Positions 15,401-26,004 of a stretch of DNA of 64,000 bases are shown here, in pieces. The DNA comes from Callorhinchus milii. Taxonomy: Eukaryota. A program made the translations under genes and the position numbers. The notes beneath the pieces were generated by a model. That model worked only from the letters and a program-made list of their open reading frames with translations, was not told the origin of the DNA and ran no database searches. The first letter of the stretch is position 1. Every line of letters starts with the position of its first letter. The DNA lies in NCBI RefSeq assembly GCF_018977255.1, contig NW_024704755.1, forward strand, positions 7,812,001 through 7,876,000. Direction: 5' to 3'.

Positions 15401-18400
15401 TAATATTCCTGATTGTCATTTGACTTGGTCAAGGTCTCTGGTCAAGGTCACAAATGACATCCTGACCACGTGTGACCAGGGCTCCCTCTGCCTCCTTGTC
15501 CACTCCGTCACTTTTGACACTGTGGACTATTCAATCCTCCTCCACCTCCTCTACTCCCACCTTAACCTCCAATACTCTGTCCTTGTCTGGTTCAGGTCCT
15601 ACATTTCACACCGCCTCCACTTCGTCTCAGCAAACGGCTCTCCTCCTGCCCCGAACTGTGTCTCGTGCGGCGTTCCTCAGGGCTGTCCTCAGTCCCCTCC
15701 TCTTCACCCTCTACATGCTCCCCCTTGGTGACATCATCCACAGACACAGGGTAAATTTCCACATGTATGCGGATGATACCCAACTTTATCTCTCTGCCTC
15801 CATTCTCAACTCCAGGACTACTGGCGTCCTGACAGATTGCCTGTCCAGCATCAAGTCCTGGACAAGGGACAACTTTCTCCAGCTGAACGTCAAGCCTGCA
15901 AGACCGAGGCCCTCCTGCTTGGCTCACACCAGCGCCTCCGCACAGACGCCGGCGGCATCAGCCTCCACGGCTGCACACTCAACCTCACTAAGCCAGTCAG
16001 GAACCTGGGTGTCTTGTTTGACCCTGAACTGTCCTCTCCCCCACATCCGCGCCATGATCGGTACTGCCTACCACCCACCACCTCCGCAACATTGCCAGAC
16101 TCATCATTGCCTCACCCCTCAGACTGCCGAAACCCTTATCCACGCATTCGTCACATCAAGGCTCAATTATGGAAACTCCCTCCTCATCGGTCTTCCCAAC
16201 TCTTCCCTTCACAAGCTGCAGATCATCCAAAACTTTGCAGATCATGTACTCTCGCGCATCAGGCTCTGTGACCACATCACTCCCACCCTCGCCCGACTCC
16301 ACTGGCTCCCCATCCTTCAGAGGCTCGAATTCAAGATCCTCATCCTCACTCTGACCTGCTGACTCTCTACCAACCTGCCTGCTCCCTCCATTCAGCGGGC
16401 TCCGGCCTGCTCCATGCCTCCCACCCGACCTGCCCTACCATCGATGGACGGGCTTTCAGTCTCCCTGCCCCCACTCTGGAACTCCATCCCAGTCCCTTCG
16501 CCTCGCTTCCTCCCTTGCCTCCTTCAAGGCCGGTCTCAAGACCCTCCTCTTCGATCGTGCCTTCAGTTGCCTTCCCACCTCTCTGCCTTTCTTCACCCCT
16601 ACCTCATCCCTCCCCCATGCTCGGGGCCTGACCCCTGACTGTCCAGCGCCTTGGGACATCCTCCCGACGTGAAAGGCGCTCTATAAATGTCATTTTGTTG
16701 TTGACTTATCTAAATAAAACACTATTAATAGATAGTTTTTTTTAACTAAATATTCCCAAAAGAAAACATAGTCATTGGTTTAAATATATTGTATGTGTAA
16801 AGGCCTAAACTATAACATGACCATTTTCAAATTTTCCATAAGTATCCAACCGATAATTTTTCAAATAATTAAAAATGTTTTGTTTTGAAACTAGCCAGAG
16901 GGGCCATAGTGATCTTCTTTGGTGCTGTCCATTCCCATGAATAACACAAATTTGGAAATTATGTAACTTTGTCCATAAACAAGTTTGTATGGAACAGAAT
17001 AACCTTTTCATCTTCAAATTACTGTGCTTGCATGTGTGATTTTTAGTCAATTTCGCATTGTTCTGAAATAGTTGCATGAATGGAAATCTTTTATCAAACC
17101 TAGATTTGTTTCTGAATGGATTTTATGATTTCTTCCCTTTTCCAGTCAAGTTGGCAGACAAGTCATCCGTCCCATATTTCTGCCAATACCTCCATCTCAA
17201 CAGGCACTGAAAGAAGCATAAGAACAACCAGAAACTGCTCGTCTGTTCTCCCTTTCTTGCTATGATGAAGTGGCAATCCAAACATCTTCAGATTAGTCCA
17301 ACAGTATCATTTGCTCAGTCTGATTGCATATTAACACTGGATCTGAACAGGACTATTGCAATTTCTCTAGATTATTTGGGGAAAGGGGGAGAGCTCTTTG
17401 TCACTAAAATCTAAACAAACAAATAAAGTAAATTGGAACATTAGGCTGAAACCAGAATTTTGTTGAGCTTTTTTGCTTCAGAATCAAATACGATTTTAAT
17501 CTGAAGATTTCAATTTAGTATTTCTATGATTAAAGTTCCACCATTAGCCTCTGGGGAGCGCCAATGCACAATGTTTGATATTCTTTAACAATGTTGTGTT
17601 TGCTACTGTAAACCCCACTTATAGAAAACCGACATAGAATTCAATATCTCCCAATCCCTTGGTTTAATATTGTTTTCCATTCATAGCAACTCTCAACTAC
17701 AAGAAACAAGGTGGTCAGATAAAACCAGTGTTTTTTATCCAGTCGACATTTGAAGTTGGTACTAATCCGTACTGCAGGTCGCTGAAAGGAAAGTATATCA
17801 GATTATGAATTGACAATTTTCCAACCAACTGGGAGAGTGTGTGTGTTTGTTGCTGATCCAGGTTTTTCGATATCAGTATCAGTAAATAAAGCTACAAATT
17901 ATATAATTTCTGACCATAGCATCAATTTCCGAGGGATCTAATTACAGTATAAATCACTTCAGTTTACTTCCAGTGAATGCCAGTTCACTTCAGTTTTAAC
18001 TATTACTAAAAAAACACACTTTCTCATAATGGATTTGGGATCTCATGAAAAATGTGTTTCCTAACTGTGCAATTATGACTGCGATAGTGCTCCACTGACA
18101 ACAACATCCAATAATTGAATTGAAGGAGAAACTGTAATGTTAATAACAGATTAGAGGAACTTAACCTCAAGTTTTAAATTGCATTGCTAACACACTTCAT
18201 AGCCACCTAAGCAAAGATAACTGAAGATAAGTCAAAAAATGTATTTTTGTTTAATAAAAAAAACGTTTACACGCTATTCCACACAATTTACCTTACATGT
18301 CATTTCTAAAAAGTGTTGTTTTAACCCGCTTTTAAGATCAAAAATAGACACGGCCTCTGTTGCACTATTGTTGAACTCATTCCATTTAACTGTTAATGCA

Positions 18401-19137
18401 GATTTTTTGATAACGTTAGATATTTAGATGTTATAACGATTTTGTGTGTGTGTGGGGGGGGGGGGGGAGACGGTCCTCTGTTACTCGCTGGAGAGTGGGG
18501 TGGGGGGGGGGGATGACTATCTAATGATTAATGACGGAAATACTAGGAAGGATTTTAAATAAGAACGGGCCCCCGCGGTGTGGGAAGTTCAAAGAGCAAA
18601 CGGGAGTGATCGCAATCCGTGTGTGTGTGTGTGTGTGTGTGTTTTTTGGGGGGTGGGGGGGAAACAACAACTTCTCCGCAGCTCCAATGTCGGAACCACC
18701 TCCACTCTTTGCACATTGGAAGTTTGCTCCTGCGGGAGGGCGGAAAGTTTTGAGGGATTTTAAGGGGCAGGAAGGGGGGGCTCGTGTGCGAGGAAGGAGT
18801 ACGTGCTCAAACGTGGGAGGAGAGGGGGGGGGAGGTGAAGAGGGTAAAGGATGGTGGCGGTGGTGGTGTGTGTGTGGTGTGGGGGGGGGTGTGGGGGTGT
18901 TCCCGACAGGAAAGGGAGACATTAATTAGAACTGGTTCGCGGGGGCTTCCTCGCGGGAAAGCGTTTGAACTGAGGTCGCGCGTCCCAACGGCTCAGCCCT
19001 GCCTTCAAACGCTCGGCCTCGACCCCGTGGTGACTCGGACTCGCCTTTACCTTGCGGTGCTCCTCCCCGAGTCGGGCCACTTGGTGCGAGCGAAGAAGCG
19101 CTTGGCCGGCGCGGGGCCGCTTCTGCGAGTCCGCCAT
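472..19137 (-). CDS. URI1: URI1 (unconventional prefoldin RPB5 interactor), multi-exon, 3' end outside the window
   Basis: Coding exons (minus): 19137-19051 [29 protein letters not shown]; 14357-14323 [12 protein letters not shown]; 12590-12512 [26 protein letters not shown]; 10490-10355 [36 protein letters not shown] (prefoldin alpha domain); 7033-6942; 6199-6124; 5223-5043 ([13 protein letters not shown]); 2244-1962 ([13 protein letters not shown]); 992-844 ([24 protein letters not shown]); 715-472 ([22 protein letters not shown]). All introns are GT-AG with compatible phases, and the gene is syntenic with CCNE1. Confidence 0.96.
8990..9520 (-). mobile_element. 5'-truncated L2-clade LINE 3' fragment with (TTG)n tail
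   Basis: Reverse complement matches the 3' part of 15420-16703 (LHWLPI...EFKIL region; CTCCCGACGTGAAAAGCGCT tail). Confidence 0.85.
15420..16703 (+). mobile_element. L2-clade LINE, RT C-terminal half plus 3'UTR, frameshifted
   Basis: [53 protein letters not shown]; ends in ...GGCGCTCTATAAATGTCATTTTGTTGTTG. Confidence 0.92.
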
Positions 19138-19700
19138 CTCCTCGCGAGCGGCGGGTGCAGTGCGTGTGTGTTTGTCTGTCTGTCTGTCTGTCTGTCTCGA
19201 CCGACTGACTTGTTTTTCCACAACTTTCCCCCTGGGGAGGAGGAGGAGGAGGAGAGGGGGTGGGGGTGGTGAGGGGGGACGACGACGAAAAAAAAACACC
19301 TCAACAACTGCGAGTCCTAAAGAAATGTTTATGGAGGTGTTTCTCACTGCAGCCCCGGAGCTCCTCACTCCTCGTACGCACAGAGGGAGCAGTTGACGTT
19401 GTCATCCAGGCGGTCGGGGCGGAACACATTTCACACTCGCATTATTCCTGCTTCGGCCCCGAACGGTTTAGAATCGAAGCTCAGCTCCGCTCGCTCCTCG
19501 GCACCGCCAACAGCTCCGCGCCATCTTTGCTCTCTCTCTCTGTGTGTGCGCGCGCGTCTGTGTCTGTGCGCGTCGCTGTCGCCGAGCATTCTGGGACGGC
19601 AACACCGGCACCACAACAAGCGGCAGCTCCGGCCTCAGCCACAGCACATGGGGCGGACAGCCTCCACACCCCCACCCCCACCGAGAGTCAGCCTCACCCC
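18930..19700 (-). promoter_or_regulatory. URI1 CpG-island promoter/5'UTR with YY1-type AAGATGGCG motif (~19520-19528)
   Basis: High GC and CpG density around exon 1; CGCCATCTTT on the + strand. Confidence 0.75.
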
Positions 19701-19822
19701 CCCCACCCCGAGAGTCACCCCCCCCCACCCCGAGAGTCAGCCTCCCCCCCCCCCACCCCGAGAGTCAGCCTCACTCCCCCACCCCGAGGGTCAGCCTCCC
19801 CCCCCCCCCCCCACCCGGAGAA
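19670..19822. repeat. C-rich ~20-bp minisatellite (CCCCCCCACCCCGAGAGTCA-like, ~7 copies); mirror copy at ~20405-20560
   Basis: Repeat units read directly from the sequence. Confidence 0.85.
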
Positions 19823-21007
19823 TCACCGTCAGCACAACACCCGTTAGCGTTGCACTTCGAGAGCCCCTGTTTTTTTTTGACAGCCCTTTCCGATCGCCTC
19901 CTGCCAGAATCTTCCCATTTCCCAGCCTTCTCCCATCACAGCCTCAAGTTTTCTTTATATATATAGAGGTTAAACATGAAAATATTTAAAAATACAACAA
20001 CTCTCGCATTTATTTTTATATGCATACATATATATATATATATATATTACCCTTCGTGTAGGGATCGTGTCTTCAGAAAGAGTGCTGCACGAGAGCAGAG
20101 TTGGGTGGTGGGGGGTCAATAAATGAGAGATCACAATTGGAAATAACAGGATCAACCCCTCCTCCTCCTCCTCCCACCATCACCTCCTGTTTAATCGGTT
20201 TAGAGTTGCAAAGAGCAAATTCCAGGATGAGACAGAGATACCCATGACATTTTTCTGGACCAGAAGAGCAAAGAATTGATGACTGGGGGGGGGGGGGAAG
20301 AGGTCAGGACAACTGGACATATTGTTTTTAAAAAAAAGATGCTTTAGGTTGAGCGTGAGAGGAGGGAGGCGGATGTTGTGCTGACGGTGACACTCGGCTA
20401 GAGGGGGGGGTGGGGGGGGGGAGGCTGACTCTCGGGGTGGGGGGGGGTGACTCTCGGGGTGGGGGGGGTGACTCTTGGGGGGGAGGGTGACTCTCGGGGT
20501 GGGGGGGGAGGGTGACTCTCGGGGTGGGGGGGAGGCTGACTCTCGGTGGGGGTGGGGGGGTGGAGGCTGTCCGCCCCATGTGCTGTGGCTGAGGCCGGAG
20601 CTGCCGCTTGTTGTGGTGCCGGTGTTGCCGTCCCAGAATGCTCGGCGACAGCGACGCGCACAGACACAGACGCGCGCGCACACACAGAGAGAGAGAGAGA
20701 GAGAGAGCAAAGATGGCGCGGAGCTGTTGGCGGTGCCGAGGCGCGAAGCTTCGGTTCGGGGCCGCAGCGGGAACAACGCGAGTGCGGAAACGCGTTCCGC
20801 CTCGACCGCCTGGAGCGACGAGGTGAGGCGCTCCCGGGGGCTGCAGCCCTGATAACACACCCACCACAGACATTTCTCGAGGACTCGCCGTGGTCGAGGT
20901 GGTTTTGTTCGTTCGTTCGTTCCTCCCTCTCTCTCTCCTCCTCCTCCTCCTCTCCGCCGGGGGAGACGAGTCAGTCAGAGACACAGACACCCGCCGCTCG
21001 CGAGGAG

Positions 21008-21108
21008 ATGGCGGACTCGCAGGAGCAAACCCCGCGGCGGCCGAAGCGCTTCTCCGCTCGCAGCAAAGTGGCACCGAACTCGGGGACGGAGCACCGCAAA
21101 AGGTAAAA
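21008..21108 (+). pseudogene. Degenerate inverted copy of URI1 coding exon 1
   Basis: ATGGCGGACTCGCAG...GGAGCACCGCAAAAGGTAAAAG aligns to the reverse complement of 19137-19045 with several indels and substitutions. It reads MADSQEQTPRRPKRFSARSKVAPNSGTEHRKR* and keeps a donor-like AG|GTAAA. Confidence 0.8.
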
Positions 21109-23609
21109 GTGGGGACCCCCCCCCCCCCTCGAGTCCCGGAGTTGGCACCCGTCGCCCTTCGAAACGTTTTGGGGCCCAACGATTTGGTGTCCCCAAGAGC
21201 CGCCCGACACTGAAAAGTCTTGCATCGGGATTTTTTTTTTTTTGTCGTACGTTTTGGTTCCGGATTCGCAGATAACGATCGAAACAGTCACCGGTCGGGT
21301 TCTCCCCCCTTTTTTTTTGGTTCCCTTTTAAAAAAAAATCAAGCGTTGACGCGAAACCTATTGGTTGCGCGACTTTCCAGCCATTGAGGAGCGATGTTCG
21401 AAGCGTTGTCACACAAGAGTTCAGGGGAAGGACGAGAAGGCGTTTCGTGAACCAGGCAACTCCCAGACCATTTTTTTCCCAACTTTCCTCTTGGTTGGAG
21501 GGGGGGTGGAGGGGAGGAGGGAATAAATTAGATTAAAGTAGACAGGAATTACAGAAGTCAGAATGATTTGGTCCTCTTTTCTCCTCCTCCCCCGCAAGGC
21601 TGCCACCTCCAGCTCGGTTTCCTCAGTCGAAAAGTGCTAATAGACGTGCAGATTATAAATTTGTGTCCAAGTTGTCGTAGTTTACAGCTTTGTGGGTTTT
21701 TTTTAAAAAAAATGGAATCTAAAGCTAATCCATTACTCGCCAAGTCGTTTAAATCGGTGCTGAATTTAATCAGACACATTTCTTCGGTATTGCTGATAAA
21801 GTGTAAATTGGAGCTACGTTTGTGCTCTCAAATACAAACTTGTCGACAACATAAATTTGATTTAAACCAGTCTCAAATGGCTATTGCTTGTTGAACGGTT
21901 TCATTTTTTCCCCCCCAAATGTGGTGGACATTTTCTGAATACGGATACTAACTTAAAAAGATTGCACTGCCAAAAATGGACACTGCTTAGTTTAATGAAA
22001 CCTCTATGGTGACTCAAAATTAATAACATCACTGTTTAGGCTTTCTAGGTAAATCTTTACAATTCTATTCATTTGCAATTGATTTTTATTTTTCCACAGT
22101 ATCCAAATAGTGCTCCATTTATACATCAAAGAAAGTTGACAGCAATAACAGGATTGTGAAGTTGTTACTTTCTTTACTTATATCCAGCATTTTATTCAAA
22201 TCAGCTGATATATTTTTTAAAAAATCTTTTGCATTCAAAAAGTGAAAAACGTGCCTCCTTTGGCTTAGAATTACTGCAATACCAGTATTTTTTTGGTCAG
22301 TTCAATATGTTGTGGGACATATCTGCCTTGGTGCCTTATCAAATTGGTGGGGGGTCGATTGAAATTTGCAGGTTATGAACAAGACTAATTAATCATTGCA
22401 CATGGTGCTTTGGCTATACATTGGCCCTGTGTATATACATACTGTCTGCCCACTTGGAATTATGATGCCATCTGGAGTGTAGAGGTTTACCAGGAATAGA
22501 ATCTGCTGTTGGAACAGGTGTTCATTGTGAATGAGTGGATGGTCAATGGTGATCATTAGGATTTATGCTTGTACATAAATCAGTCATGTTGCCAAGTGCA
22601 ACATTAAATTTTGCTTTGCTACCACTGTAAGTTCCTGTGCTGTGTCATCTGACATGAGGCTTTAAAACCAGACCAAAAGCAGCTCTTTATATGACACCCC
22701 ACTGCGTCAAGGCCTCCAGCATCTGCTTAAATCTATCTTCTAGTTTCAAAAATGTCCCGACTTTTCTTTCTGCATGGTGTGCATTCTACAATGCACCAAC
22801 GTTGCATTCCATATTTTAATTTAAGACTTCTCCAAAACTTCTTTCACCAGTAATTTGTGTTTTCCTGAACTGTCCCTTGTCAAAAATTCACTTCCACAAT
22901 GGATGTCAAAAAAGCTGCAAAATATACTTAACAAAATCCATATATTTTCCATTGTTTAACTTGACTGATTCATTCACCATGTGTTGGGAACCGTTATGTT
23001 CCTTATACACGTTGAATCAAACATTGTGCGGATAATATTCTCAAAACTTGTTTCACAACTATTCAAATTTACCAAAATGTTGGGGCTTCAGCTCTTGTCC
23101 CAGTTTGTGTTACAAAGATGTGCGTTTATTCTGCATCAAGTAAATAGAATGGCTAACTTGATCTTATTAGTTTTCAACATTGCTTGTTCGGTATCAATTT
23201 ACTGTACTAAGCAGAAATTAATTGCAAGGTCCTTTTATTAAAAAAGACTTTTACTTCTCCATTCCCTTTTTGATTGTTTTCATGCATCTTTTTGCCAGGT
23301 AAGGTTAAGTTGTGATGGCCAAGTTATGCCTAAATAGCACCTGCTACTGTCAGCAAAAGTATTTAACATAACAAAAGCCTTATTGAAAGAACAGCTGCTG
23401 GTGCAGTTTAAGTTGAAAGCCTACAACAGTGTGTCTATGGGGAGAAGCTTTCTCCAAAACTAATGATTTAAAAACCAACTCTTCTGTTCTGCAATTAAAG
23501 TACAAATGTTTAGAAGATAAGATGTGCTCATCACATTTAGCTAACAAGTACAAATTAACCAACTTGGTAAATTACAAAACCATATCAATTTGTATTCTCC
23601 CCCCCTATT

Positions 23610-23890
23610 TTGGTGTCAGCCTGGCTCAGTTGGTAATACTCTCACTTGAGTTAATTTGTAGGCTTATGGCCCACATCAGGACTTTGAACTCAGTCTAGGC
23701 TTACAGTGCTGGGAAGCATTTCCCTCCTCACACTTGGTAAAATCCCCAATTTATTGCTGTGCACAATTGGCTGCTGCGTTTCACCCACAAAATAGTCAAT
23801 TTAATTCACAGTATATTCTGTGAAGCACTATTAAGACCTCTCAAAGATGTGATCAGGTGCTGTATCAAATGCAAGGATTATCATCTTTAC
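23610..23890 (+). mobile_element. Decayed tRNA-headed SINE with L2-type tail
   Basis: TGGCTCAGTTGGTA head; ATTGGCTGCTGCGTTTCACCCACAAAAT body; TGTATCAAATGCAAGGATTAT tail. Related tails at ~6320-6410, ~42020-42150, ~51100-51240, ~53590-53680 and ~61230-61290. Confidence 0.6.
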
Positions 23891-25625
23891 ACTATTAAAC
23901 ATTCTTGGAGTAAGCCAAGCATCCTCAAAATGGTACACAATTCTGCTGAATCTTTAAGCATCCCATTTATCTCCTCTTTCTTCCGCTCCACACAATCTAA
24001 AATGAACAATTCAAGGTAATCAAGACTAACATCCAGATGTTGGCTAAATCTAATAGAAATTTTGCACTTCTATTGACATCTCATTGACTTAATTTGATCA
24101 ATATTCCATTTTGTTTTCAAAAATCAAATTCAAAGGTGTCCTGCATTTTATTGGTTCTTCCCTAAAACAATTCATAATACAATTTGAAGTTACAAAAATC
24201 TATTTCCTTCTTCCATATAGTGTGTAGTCAAGACATCTATTAACTAGGCAAGAAAGTTCACAACACTCAAATCCTCTGGGGAATAATGCCTAATTACATC
24301 ACAACATGTTCCAGCTTAGCAACTGCACAAATCCAGTTACTTGATCTCTCCTACACAGATGGAGTCCAAAAGGCATGCATAAATTCAGAGTAAGAATTAA
24401 ATTTTAACAGCTGCTACGGTGCAATCTGTTTTCAGTACAAAGTTGAATGGAATGTTACCAAGATGCAAGTATTTATTGCAAGGAGTGAATGCGAAAGCCC
24501 TTTAATACATTGAGCAATAAGATGCTTTATTTACAGCAGTTTGAAACTTGCTAGAAAGATTTTGCTTACAATCAAAGGTGAGGGCAAATTTTATAATTCC
24601 AAGTACTCTACAAATAAGAGCACTAGAAGTACAGGAATCAAATGGGTATATAAAATTTAAATCAGATGTTTTATCACAAATGCAAGCAAAGCTAGGTTTC
24701 ACTCTTCATGAGACACTCAAGGCTTGAATATGCTTAGCGCATTTTGAATGAAGATAACTTGATCAAAGATTGACCAAGTCAGCGTTTCTACAAAACGGGT
24801 ACAAAGCAACTTAAGTGAAAATGGATTGGACAGTAAGAGTGGTTGTATTACCTTCAATTTGTGGAGTTTCAGTTGTTAAATGGGGAACAAGGAAGCTTTA
24901 AATAGTGAGTCCATATCATTGAGGCACCAAGGTGAGGTTCTACTGTACTTTCAAGCAATATACAGTACATAGGAGCAAGGCACTCATGGTTGCTTCACTG
25001 TAGTTTGTATGCCCACTATGACAACAAACTTTTTTTAAAAAAAAGATAGATTGTTGAGGTGGAACAAATGAGATTGTACCTCAAATAGAACTTTGAATTA
25101 TCCTTCAGAACACATTATGATCACTCCACTTCCTATGAAAGATAACCAGTTCTATCCATGAACTTAATTTTCAAGCTACCAGTATGTAGAATTCTTAATT
25201 TAGTACCCTGACCATCCTCAAAGATGCGTTACGTCAATAGTAATCATTCAATGGAAATAGATATCTTATCTACAAGGTTAGGACATCAGCTTCTCAAAAC
25301 TAACTTTGTTTACAAACGAAGTCATGTATTGCATATCTTATGAACACTGCAACTGCTCAATGAGTTCTGAATAGGAGAGAGCCATTGTCTGGACATCTGT
25401 AATCCTGACTGTTCTATTCTTCCTACTAGAAAAAAAATGGAGGGAGGGATTACCCACAGAAACTTTGTCAAATGGAATTAGCATACAATCTTGACAATGA
25501 ATTAATTACTTATCACTCACATTCAGCAATTGCAACAAAACCAAGTGCCAAACTTCAATGACAAAATCACAATCCAGATGCACAAATATTTTGTCCTCAG
25601 ACAGCATCTTTATTTAAAATACACA

Positions 25626-25711
25626 TAGCAGCATTTAGGTGACAATTTCATAAACAAGTACTCTGCAACCTTACCATTCATTATACCAAGAGCCACCCTC
25701 CCTTAGCAGCA
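25626..25711 (-). promoter_or_regulatory. Two miR-15/16-family 8mer sites (UGCUGCUA) in the CCNE1 3'UTR, upstream of the AATAAA at ~25610-25615
   Basis: TAGCAGCA on the + strand at 25626-25633 and 25704-25711; CCNE1 is an established miR-15/16 target. Confidence 0.75.
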
Positions 25712-26004
25712 TTCAGAATACTTGGAAAGTATTCCATTTGGTTGGTGTTCTTGGGAAGTTTCACTTTAAGTTTAAAAAAATCAATATTAAAAACAAAGTT
25801 ATACAAGTAATGTGTTTTTTTAAACTGCTGGAATTGAATGACACTACCGCTGCAAGCATCAGATTTCAGGTCATTGTCTGCAGCAACCAAGGGTAGATCA
25901 TTAAGAATAAAGTCCATTTACAGTTCAACATTTGTTGAATTAAGGCTTACAGTCAAAATTCGACTTCCAGGTGTAAAACATTCACCCAATTTGTCTTCCC
26001 ATTC

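Larger units (their letters stand above)
19045..21108. repeat. Large inverted duplication: arms ~19045-19843 and ~20370-21108, ~525-bp unique spacer
   Basis: 19498-19666 is essentially the exact reverse complement of ~20561-20739, apart from (TC)n length. Both arms carry the CCCCCACCCCGAGAGTCA minisatellite and TCACCGTCAGCACAACA at the inner end. Confidence 0.93.

Noticed and set aside
15472-16362. 296-aa ORF as an active reverse transcriptase gene
   Set aside because: 5'-truncated, frameshifted L2 remnant.
17600-17885. Possible Tigger-like DNA transposon remnant
   Set aside because: Only weak terminal similarity; TIRs could not be matched convincingly.
19260-21412. Many 100-280 aa overlapping ORFs in the URI1 CpG island and palindrome
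   Set aside because: Stop-poor GC-rich and minisatellite DNA; only 19137-19051 matches a known protein.
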